DNA of 32,000 bases, taken from positions 459,719 to 491,718 of the forward strand of contig CAWDGT010000004.1 in assembly GCA_963801875.1 (NCBI GenBank), read 5' to 3'. The stretch comes from an uncultured Alphaproteobacteria bacterium (lineage in GTDB: Bacteria; Pseudomonadota; Alphaproteobacteria; Rhizobiales; Xanthobacteraceae). Below the pieces are notes generated by a model that saw only the letters and a program-made list of their open reading frames with translations, searched no databases and was not told the origin of the DNA. The translations under genes and the position numbers were made by a program. Shown here piece by piece: positions 24,901-32,000 of the stretch. Every line of letters starts with the position of its first letter. Position 1 is the first letter of the stretch.

Positions 24901-27159
24901 ATGGGACGGTTTTTCCGGATCAAATTACGCATACGCCGCTTCACCCGACGCTATCCGTGGCTGGTCTTTGCGGTCCGCTCGTTCATGATCTTCGCCGCCA
25001 CCTTCGGCGGCGCGTATGGGTTCATCTCCGGAAGCCGGTCGGAAAATTCCGGCTATGACCCCAACGCCTTTGCGATCGGCGCCAGCTTCCTGTTTGCGCT
25101 TGCCTGCGTCGGGCTGGCCACGTTGAGCATGCGCCTGCGCTGGATGCACAAGAAGCTTCGCAAGATCTCGCTCCACAACGAGACGCTGGCCGACCGCAAT
25201 TGGGAATTGCAGGAGGCCGAGCAGCGCGCCCGTAGCCTGTTCGAATTGCAGGGCGACCTGATCGTGCTGCGCGACGCCGAGGGTCGCATCACGTTCGTGA
25301 ATGACGCCTATTGCGAACTGGCCGGGCAACCGCGCAGCGCGCTGATCGGCAGCACCTTCACCTTCAATGTGCTCGAGCAGGGTGACGCCGCGCTGGAGTT
25401 GAGCGGCACGCGCATTCACGACCAGAAGATCGAAAGCGCGCTGGGACCGCGATGGATTGGCTGGCGCGAAGGCCTGGTTCGATCGGATGCCGGCGCGCCG
25501 GCGGAGATGCAATGCGTCGGCCGTGACGTCACCGACCGCACCGAGACCGAGCGTGCGCTGGCCGACGCCCGCGACCAGGCCGACGCCGCCAACCGCGCCA
25601 AGTCGCGCTTCCTCGCGATGGCCAGCCATGAAATCCGCACGCCGCTGAACGGCATCCTCGGCATGAGCGCACTGCTCTTGGATACGCCGCTGACGCCGGA
25701 GCAGATGACCTACGCCAGGGCGGTGAAAACCTCGGGCGACGCGCTGCTGTCGCTGATCGAGGAACTGCTGGATTACTCCAAGATCGAGGCCGGCAAGATC
25801 GACCTCGAACAGCGCCCGTTCCAGCTGGCCGCGCTGATCGAGGACATCACCGAACTGCTGGCGCCGCGCGCGCAGGCGCGAAAGCTCGAGATCGCCGCCT
25901 ATGTCGACGAGCGGTTGCCGGCCGAAGTGGTCGGCGACGCGGCGCGGCTGCGGCAGGTGCTGCTCAATCTCGCCGGCAACGCCATCAAATTCACCTCCAC
26001 TGGCGGGGTGGCGCTGATCGTCGAGCCCGGCATCTGGCCCAATGAGATCAGCTTTCTGGTGCGCGACACCGGCATCGGCATCGCGCCCGAGGCGCAGATA
26101 CGGATTTTCCGCGAGTTCGAGCAGGCCGACGAACGCATCGCGCGGAGCTATGGCGGCACTGGCCTCGGCCTGAGCATCTCCGAGCGCATCGTCAGGCGAA
26201 TGGGCGGGCGCATCACGCTGGAGAGCAAGCCAGGGGTCGGCTCGACCTTCGAGGTTTCGATTCCGCTCGTTGCCTCCGGCGACAAGGGCAGCGGGCAAAA
26301 GGCGTTCGCGGCGCCGGATCTGGCCGGCCAGTCGATCATGCTGGTGGCGCCGCAGAGCATCGAGGCAACGCTGGTGGCGCGGCGGCTGCAACGCTGGGGC
26401 GGCCAGACCTGCATGATCTCCGATATCGCGGTGGCGCGGGCCTTGCTGCCCGAACGTCCCTGGCATGCCGTCCTGATTGATCGCGCCTTCGGCGCCGCGG
26501 AGGTCGAATTGCTGGGTGAGGCGGCGCGCGCTTACGCGACGCAGCGGATCGTCATGTTCACGCCGGCCGCGCGGCATGAGCTGCAACTGTCGTCCGCCGC
26601 CTGCTCCGCTTTCACCGGCTATCTGATAAAGCCGCTGCGCGCGGCCTCGCTCGCGGCGCGGCTGTCGATGGCGCCGGAAGTGCTCGCGCCGAACCTTGCC
26701 GTCGAGGCGCTGATCGAGGCGCCCAACCGACCCGAGACACCGGTACCGTCGCGCGGGCTCTCGGTTCTGGTCGCCGAAGACAATGAGATCAATGCGCTGC
26801 TGATGCGGTCGCTGTTGACCCGATTGGGACATCACGCCGTCATCACCACCAATGGCGAAGAGGCGCTCGAATCCTGGCTGGCCGCCAGGTCCGCGGGAAC
26901 CCCCTACGACCTGGTGCTGATGGACATCCAGATGCCGCAGCTCGACGGCATCGAGACCACCAAGCGGATCCGCGCGCACGAGGCCGGCCAGCCCGGCCAC
27001 CGGACGCCGATCCTCGCGCTCACCGCCAATACGCTGGTGGAAGATCGCTACGCCTGTTTCGAGGCCGGGATGGACGGTTTCCTGATCAAGCCGCTCGACC
27101 GTGAAAAACTCACCGACGCGCTGGCGGGCCTCGCCGCCTCGCGGCATGTCGCCGCCTGA
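24901..27159 (+). CDS. hybrid sensor histidine kinase / response regulator (TM, PAS-like, HisKA, HATPase_c, receiver)
   Basis: [15 protein letters not shown] (H-box), [16 protein letters not shown] and [14 protein letters not shown] are present, plus a C-terminal receiver ([13 protein letters not shown]...[13 protein letters not shown]...ALTAN...KP). The ATG at 24901 (MGRFFRIKL, just before the hydrophobic segments) is preferred. The track start at 24802 is possible. Confidence 0.9.
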   Translation: MGRFFRIKLRIRRFTRRYPWLVFAVRSFMIFAATFGGAYGFISGSRSENSGYDPNAFAIGASFLFALACVGLATLSMRLRWMHKKLRKISLHNETLADRNWELQEAEQRARSLFELQGDLIVLRDAEGRITFVNDAYCELAGQPRSALIGSTFTFNVLEQGDAALELSGTRIHDQKIESALGPRWIGWREGLVRSDAGAPAEMQCVGRDVTDRTETERALADARDQADAANRAKSRFLAMASHEIRTPLNGILGMSALLLDTPLTPEQMTYARAVKTSGDALLSLIEELLDYSKIEAGKIDLEQRPFQLAALIEDITELLAPRAQARKLEIAAYVDERLPAEVVGDAARLRQVLLNLAGNAIKFTSTGGVALIVEPGIWPNEISFLVRDTGIGIAPEAQIRIFREFEQADERIARSYGGTGLGLSISERIVRRMGGRITLESKPGVGSTFEVSIPLVASGDKGSGQKAFAAPDLAGQSIMLVAPQSIEATLVARRLQRWGGQTCMISDIAVARALLPERPWHAVLIDRAFGAAEVELLGEAARAYATQRIVMFTPAARHELQLSSAACSAFTGYLIKPLRAASLAARLSMAPEVLAPNLAVEALIEAPNRPETPVPSRGLSVLVAEDNEINALLMRSLLTRLGHHAVITTNGEEALESWLAARSAGTPYDLVLMDIQMPQLDGIETTKRIRAHEAGQPGHRTPILALTANTLVEDRYACFEAGMDGFLIKPLDREKLTDALAGLAASRHVAA

Positions 27160-27186
27160 GGCGGCTGCGCACCAGACCGGGATGCC

Positions 27187-28143
27187 CTAAAGCCGTCGCA
27201 GCGCCACCGTTTCCACCACGTGATCAGCGCCCTTCTTCAGGATCAGCGTCGCGCGCGGCCTCGTCGGCAGGATGTTTTCCTCGAGATTGGCGAGGTTGGT
27301 GCGTTCCCAGATCGCCAGCGCCGTGGCGGTGGCTTCCTCGTCGGACAGCGGCGCATAGCGATGGAAATACGACTTGGGATCCTGGAACGCGGTGTCTCGC
27401 AGCGCCAGGAAGCGCTTGATGAACCATTCGCGCAGCACCGCTTCGTCGGCGTCGATATAGACGGAAAAGTCGAAGAAATCCGAAACAACCGGAACGGCCT
27501 TGCCATCGCGCGGAAGCCGGCCTGTCTGCAGGACGTTGACGCCTTCGACGATCAGGATATCCGGCTGGTCGATCTCGATCCATTCGTTCGGAATGATGTC
27601 GTAGGTCAAATGCGAATAGACCGGCGCGCGCACCGGGCGCCGTCCCGCCTTGATGTCGCTGAGGAACGACAGCAGCATCGGCAGATCGTAGCTCTCGGGA
27701 AATCCCTTCTTCTGCATCAGGCCACGCCGTTCCAGCACGGCCTTGGGAAACAGGAAGCCGTCGGTGGTGACCAGATCGACCTTCGGCCGCGGCGACCAGC
27801 GCGCCAGCAGCGCCTGCAGCACGCGGGCGGTGGTCGATTTGCCCACCGCGACCGAGCCGGCAACGCCGATGATGTAGGACACCTTGCGATCCCGGATGCC
27901 GAGGAACTGGCGTTGCGCCTGATAGAGCCGCAGCGTCGCGTCGACATAGATCGACAACAGCCGGGACAACGGCAGGAAGATTTCCTCGACCTCCTTCATG
28001 TCGAGGCGGTCGTGCAACGAGCGTAACCGCTCGAATTCGCCCGGCTCCAGCGTCATCGGCGTGTCGTCGCGCAGCCGCGCCCATTGCTCCCGGGAGAATA
28101 TCCGGTAGGGATTGTACTGTTGCTCCGGTGCCCGAATATCCAT
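27187..28143 (-). CDS. coaA: type I pantothenate kinase
   Basis: [23 protein letters not shown] (P-loop), [20 protein letters not shown] and PVYSH..YDI...[12 protein letters not shown] are present. Confidence 0.95.
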   Translation of the reverse strand: MDIRAPEQQYNPYRIFSREQWARLRDDTPMTLEPGEFERLRSLHDRLDMKEVEEIFLPLSRLLSIYVDATLRLYQAQRQFLGIRDRKVSYIIGVAGSVAVGKSTTARVLQALLARWSPRPKVDLVTTDGFLFPKAVLERRGLMQKKGFPESYDLPMLLSFLSDIKAGRRPVRAPVYSHLTYDIIPNEWIEIDQPDILIVEGVNVLQTGRLPRDGKAVPVVSDFFDFSVYIDADEAVLREWFIKRFLALRDTAFQDPKSYFHRYAPLSDEEATATALAIWERTNLANLEENILPTRPRATLILKKGADHVVETVALRRL

Positions 28144-28200
28144 TGACGCCGCCTTCAGATTTTACGTTGGGGCATGATCTTGCCCGAACGCCGGTTTGCC

Positions 28201-28527
28201 CTAGTCGCGCTTGCGCGACGCCTTCTCTTCCAGTCCGGACATGGCCGTACGCTGCGCCAGCGCAGCCTCGACTTCCTCGAGCTTCACCCCGCGCGACTTC
28301 AAAAGCACCAGCAAATGAAACAGCAGGTCCGCGCTTTCGGCGATCAGATGGTTACGATCGTTCTCGACCGCGGCGATAACGGTTTCCACCGCCTCCTCGC
28401 CCAGTTTCTTGGCACAATGCTCCGGACCCTTGTCCAGCAGCTTGCGCGTGTAGGACGCCTCTCCCCCCGACGCCGCGCGGGCATCGATAGTGGCGGCAAG
28501 ATCGTGGATCGTGAAACGCGGCATCAT
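28201..28527 (-). CDS. hisE: phosphoribosyl-ATP pyrophosphatase
   Basis: SYTRKLLDKGPEHCAKKLGEEAVETVIAA...LIAESADLLFHLLVLL. Confidence 0.9.
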   Translation of the reverse strand: MMPRFTIHDLAATIDARAASGGEASYTRKLLDKGPEHCAKKLGEEAVETVIAAVENDRNHLIAESADLLFHLLVLLKSRGVKLEEVEAALAQRTAMSGLEEKASRKRD

Positions 28528-28595
28528 CTCAACTCACACGCCCGCGAGGTTGGAGCGCAACTCAAGGCATTTAGCACTTTTGTGACCGGGAGTCG

Positions 28596-29373
28596 TCACG
28601 GATCGAGCCGCACCGGCAGCCCGGCGCGCACCATATGGTCCTTGGCTTGGCGTATGGTGAATTCCCCGAAGTGGAAGATCGACGCCGCCAGCACCGCGGT
28701 CGCATGGCCCTCGCGGATGCCGTCCACAAGATGATCGAGATTGCCGACGCCGCCGGAGGCGATCACCGGGACCTGCACACTGTCGGCGATCGCGCTCGTG
28801 AGCGGGATGTCAAAACCCTGCCTCGTGCCGTCGCGGTCCATCGAGGTCAGCAGGATTTCACCGGCGCCGAGCGAGACCACTTCCTGGGCATATTCGACCG
28901 CGTCGATCCCGGTGGAATTGCGCCCGCCATGGGTGAAGATTTCCCAGCGGTCCGAGCTGCCGCCCCGCTTGACGCGCTTGGCGTCGATCGCCACCACGAT
29001 GCACTGATCGCCGAATTTTTCAGCGGCTTCCTTGACGAATTCGCGGCGGCTGACGGCGGCGCTGTTGATCGACACCTTGTCGGCGCCGGATCTCAGCAGA
29101 GTTCTTGATGTCGTCGACGGTGCGCACCCCGCCGCCCACCGTCAGCGGCATGAAGCAGGCTTCCGCGGTGCGCCGGACCACGTCCAGCATGATGCCGCGA
29201 TTTTCATGGGTGGCGGTGATATCGAGAAAACACAGCTCATCGGCGCCGGCGGCATCATAGGCGATCGCCGCTTCGACGGGATCGCCGGCGTCGCGCAGAT
29301 CGACGAAGTTGACGCCCTTGACCACCCGGCCGTCCTTGACGTCGAGACAGGGAATGACGCGCACCTTGAACAT
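28596..29373 (-). pseudogene. hisF: imidazole glycerol phosphate synthase cyclase subunit, interrupted by a 1-nt insertion near 29102-29103 (or an assembly error)
   Basis: Track ORF 29020..29373 encodes [23 protein letters not shown]...[15 protein letters not shown]. Track ORF 28596..29075 encodes SINSAAV...IVVAIDAKR...VIASGGVG. On the coding strand, aag-aac-t-ctg-ctg-aga-tcc-ggc restores [15 protein letters not shown] if one 'a' of aagaac is removed. Confidence 0.9.
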
Positions 29374-29385
29374 TGCAAAATACTC

Positions 29386-30126
29386 CTAGGCCGCGGCGCG
29401 CGCCTTGCGGATCAGTGCCAGCGCGGCTGCGGGATCGAGGCGGCCGTCATAAAGCGCGCGGCCCGCGATCGCTCCGGCCAGCTTGTTTGCCCGCGGCGCC
29501 AAAAGCGCCCTCACATCGTCGATGGAAGCAAGTCCGCCGGAGGCGATGACCGGGATCGAGACGCGCGCGGCGAGCTCGATGGTGGCGTCGAGATTGAGGC
29601 CCTTCAACAGGCCGTCGCGCGCGATATCGGTGAAGATGATCGCAGCGACGCCGGCATCCTCGAAACGCTCCGCGATCTCGAGCGCGGTCACCTGCGAGGT
29701 CTCCGCCCAGCCTTCGACCGCGACATTGCCATCCCGCGCGTCGAGACCGACCACGACGCGGCCAGGGAATTCCTTCGCCGCACCTTTTACCAGTCCGGGA
29801 TCGCGCACCGCCGCGGTGCCGATGATCACCCGCGCAATGCCTTTTGCCAGCCAGGCCTCAACCGTCTTCAGGTCGCGGATGCCGCCGCCGAGCTGCACCG
29901 GCACGGTGATCGCTTTCAGCATAGCATCGACCGCAACCGCGTTCATCGGCTTGCCGGCAAAGGCGCCATCGAGATCGACCACATGGAGATATTCGAAGCC
30001 CTGCGCGGCGAAGCTGCGCGCCTGCGCCGAAGGGTCGAGGTTGAACACGGTTGCGCGCGCCATGTCGCCCTGTTCGAGGCGCACGCACTGGCCATTCTTC
30101 AGGTCGATGGCGGGAAAGAGGATCAT
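29386..30126 (-). CDS. hisA: 1-(5-phosphoribosyl)-5-[(5-phosphoribosylamino)methylideneamino]imidazole-4-carboxamide isomerase
   Basis: [17 protein letters not shown]...VVDLDGA...QLGGGIR...[10 protein letters not shown]...VIASGG. The upstream ATG at 30135 (MRCMILF) is the track start. MILFPAIDL is the usual N-terminus. Confidence 0.92.
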   Translation of the reverse strand: MILFPAIDLKNGQCVRLEQGDMARATVFNLDPSAQARSFAAQGFEYLHVVDLDGAFAGKPMNAVAVDAMLKAITVPVQLGGGIRDLKTVEAWLAKGIARVIIGTAAVRDPGLVKGAAKEFPGRVVVGLDARDGNVAVEGWAETSQVTALEIAERFEDAGVAAIIFTDIARDGLLKGLNLDATIELAARVSIPVIASGGLASIDDVRALLAPRANKLAGAIAGRALYDGRLDPAAALALIRKARAAA

Positions 30127-30223
30127 GCAACGCATTCTCGCAAAGACGCGGGTGAACTCCCCTCCCCACCGCCAACAAGCTCTCGCGGGGAAAGGATGAT
30201 TGCTGCGATCGCCTGGCGAAAAC

Positions 30224-30874
30224 TCACGGCTTCCATTTCAGAAAATTCGAAATCAGGGCCAGCCCGAAACGCTGGCTCTTCTCCGGGTGAAACTGGGTAC
30301 CGATCGCGGTGTCCTTGCCGACGATGGCCGTCACCGGCCCGCCGTAATCGGCGCGCGCCAGCACGTCCGCCTCGTTGGTCGCGTTGAGGTGAAAGGAGTG
30401 CACAAAATAGGCGTGCCGGCCTTTGGGCCCCAATGTAAGGCGCTCCAACACCGCGTGCTCGCGGACCAAATCGAGCGTATTCCAGCCCATATGCGGGATT
30501 TTCAAATTCTCCTGGCGCGGCGAAATCTTTTCGACGTCGCCGGCGATCCAGTTGAACCCGTCGGTGGTGACGTGCTCCTTGCCGCGGGTCGCCATCAGCT
30601 GCATGCCGACGCAGATGCCGAAGAACGGCCGCGCCTTGTTACGCACGGCTTCCGTCATCGCCTCGATCATGCCGTCGAGCGCGTCCAACCCCCTGCGGCA
30701 ATCGGCGAATGCACCGACGCCCGGCAGCACGATACGGTCTGCGCGAAACACGACTTCCGGATCGCGGGTCACCACGATCTTTTGCGGGTTTTCCATGCTC
30801 CGCGCCGCGCGCTCAAACGCCTTGGCGGCCGAATGCAGGTTGCCGGAGCCGTAGTCGATGATTGCTACGCTCAA
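30224..30874 (-). CDS. hisH: imidazole glycerol phosphate synthase glutamine amidotransferase subunit
   Basis: [28 protein letters not shown] (catalytic Cys) and FHPEKS are present. The TTG start overlaps the stop of the upstream ORF (TTGA). Confidence 0.92.
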   Translation of the reverse strand: MSVAIIDYGSGNLHSAAKAFERAARSMENPQKIVVTRDPEVVFRADRIVLPGVGAFADCRRGLDALDGMIEAMTEAVRNKARPFFGICVGMQLMATRGKEHVTTDGFNWIAGDVEKISPRQENLKIPHMGWNTLDLVREHAVLERLTLGPKGRHAYFVHSFHLNATNEADVLARADYGGPVTAIVGKDTAIGTQFHPEKSQRFGLALISNFLKWKP

Positions 30875-31401
30875 CGCGACGCTCCCGGTTCCGGAAACAA
30901 TCCGATGATCTCGTTTCGAGGCAGCGGCGGCGGCTTTGAGAACGGCTGGCCGGGAATATCGCGCGTCGGCGGCGGCGCGCCGCGGTCGACCGCCGCCTGA
31001 TCGTTGCTGAGCGCACGCTGCTTGGCGGTCCAGCGATCGAAAAAACGATGCTCGGCCATCTCCTCATCGTCGGCCACCACGATGTCAAGCTGACGCCAGT
31101 TGCGCCGCGACAAGGTCCAGCGCTTGAGGCTCGCCGCTTCGAATCCCAAAAGCAGCGCGAGCAATCCATCGACGACAAAGATCGTCCCGCTGCCGGTGCC
31201 GAGCTTCACCATTCCGACATCGATGGCGGCCATCACCGGGATCCAGCCGAGCAGCGCCAGCCACAGGCGATGCCAGGCAAGCCACACCACGCCCAAAAGG
31301 GCCGCCCAGACATGAAACCCGTCGCGAACGAAAGCGAAGCGGTCGGTGGCGCGATAATCTGCGCTGTGCGTTACTGGTGCATGGACCGTATAAACCGGCA
31401 T
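30871..31401 (-). CDS. DUF2628-like membrane protein conserved between hisB and hisH in Rhizobiales
   Basis: Two hydrophobic segments ([31 protein letters not shown] and [15 protein letters not shown]) are present, and the gene is embedded in the his operon. The family name is from memory. Confidence 0.7.
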   Translation of the reverse strand: MPVYTVHAPVTHSADYRATDRFAFVRDGFHVWAALLGVVWLAWHRLWLALLGWIPVMAAIDVGMVKLGTGSGTIFVVDGLLALLLGFEAASLKRWTLSRRNWRQLDIVVADDEEMAEHRFFDRWTAKQRALSNDQAAVDRGAPPPTRDIPGQPFSKPPPLPRNEIIGLFPEPGASR

Positions 31402-31427
31402 CGTACCTCTCTGCCGAGAACAAGAGA

Positions 31428-32000
31428 TCAGCCGCCGAGCTGACCCTTGGTGGATGGCACTTCGCCCGCGGCGCGTGGATCGATCGCGACCGCCGCGCGC
31501 AGCGCCCTAGCCAGACCCTTGAAGCAGGATTCGGCGATATGATGGCTATTCTCGCCATATAGGGTCTCGACGTGCAAAGTCACCCCGGCATTGATCGCAA
31601 AGGCGTTAAACCATTCGCGCACCAGTTCGGTGTCGAAGGCGCCGACCTTGTCGCGCGGAAACTCCACCTTGAACACCAGCACCGGCCGGCCGGAAATGTC
31701 GATCGCGACCCGCGACAGGGTTTCGTCCATCGGCATGTGGGTAGAGGCATAGCGGGTGATGCCGGCCATGCTGCCAAGCGCCTGCTTCACCGCCTGTCCG
31801 AGCGCGATGCCGACATCCTCGGTGGTGTGGTGGTGGTCGATATGAAGGTCGCCGACCGCCTTCACCGCGATGTCGATGCGCGAATGCCGGGCCAGAAGGT
31901 CGAGCATATGGTCGAAGAAGCCGATCCCGGTCGCGACGTTGGATACGCCTGTGCCGTCGAGGTTAACCGTCACCTCGATGTCGGTCTCCCTGGTCTTGCG
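31428..32000 (-). CDS. hisB: imidazoleglycerol-phosphate dehydratase; 5' end lies outside the window
   Basis: [34 protein letters not shown] and [18 protein letters not shown] are present. The frame stays open upstream of the track Met to position 32000 (..[16 protein letters not shown]). Confidence 0.92.
   Translation of the reverse strand, partial: RKTRETDIEVTVNLDGTGVSNVATGIGFFDHMLDLLARHSRIDIAVKAVGDLHIDHHHTTEDVGIALGQAVKQALGSMAGITRYASTHMPMDETLSRVAIDISGRPVLVFKVEFPRDKVGAFDTELVREWFNAFAINAGVTLHVETLYGENSHHIAESCFKGLARALRAAVAIDPRAAGEVPSTKGQLGG

Noticed and set aside
24925-27147. 740-aa ORF on the minus strand opposite the hybrid histidine kinase
   Set aside because: This is a typical high-GC shadow ORF. 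Its translation is Arg/Gly/Ala/Pro-rich junk with no motifs, whereas the plus-strand frame carries complete HisKA, HATPase and receiver signatures.
29032-30387. 451-aa plus-strand ORF spanning hisF-hisA-hisH
   Set aside because: It is an antisense shadow ORF across three well-supported his genes. It has a low-complexity Arg/Asp/Gly-rich translation.

Overview
The window looks like high-GC alphaproteobacterial DNA, most like Bradyrhizobiaceae. This is inferred from gene content: a hisB-DUF2628-hisH-hisA-hisF-hisE-coaA block, orphan PF04392-type solute-binding proteins, multi-GAF histidine kinases and dispersed 'KADI'-type intergenic repeats.

Core genes: roughly 24.8-32.0 kb is housekeeping DNA (hybrid sensor kinase, coaA, his operon).

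Accessory region: roughly 0.6-23.3 kb is accessory-like.
- It ends at a large serine recombinase (21554..23260, -) that abuts a 5'-truncated comM/yifB gene carrying an in-frame stop. This suggests an island inserted into comM, with its other end outside the window.
- It holds two paralogous [repeat]-[conserved leader]-[GAF histidine kinase]-[receiver] modules. The first kinase is frameshifted.
- It holds two different IS110-family elements, each abutting a copy of the same ~95-nt REP-like repeat and each with a ~260-nt 3' non-coding tail (bridge-RNA candidates).
- It also holds a class III adenylate cyclase-TPR protein, a CBS protein and a CMD-family protein.

Best candidate for an undescribed system: a compositionally foreign module at about 12.2-15.4 kb. 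An AT-rich gene for a protein with an R-x4-H (HEPN/Abi_2-like) motif is bracketed by a perfect 10-bp inverted repeat. It sits next to a DUF6641-like gene and a 194-aa FimB/FimE-sized tyrosine recombinase. About 680 nt of ORF-free, hairpin-rich DNA follows.

Caveat: two genes (GAF kinase 1 and hisF) are broken by single-base indels, so assembly indel errors are possible. No rRNA, tRNA or CRISPR array was found by eye.
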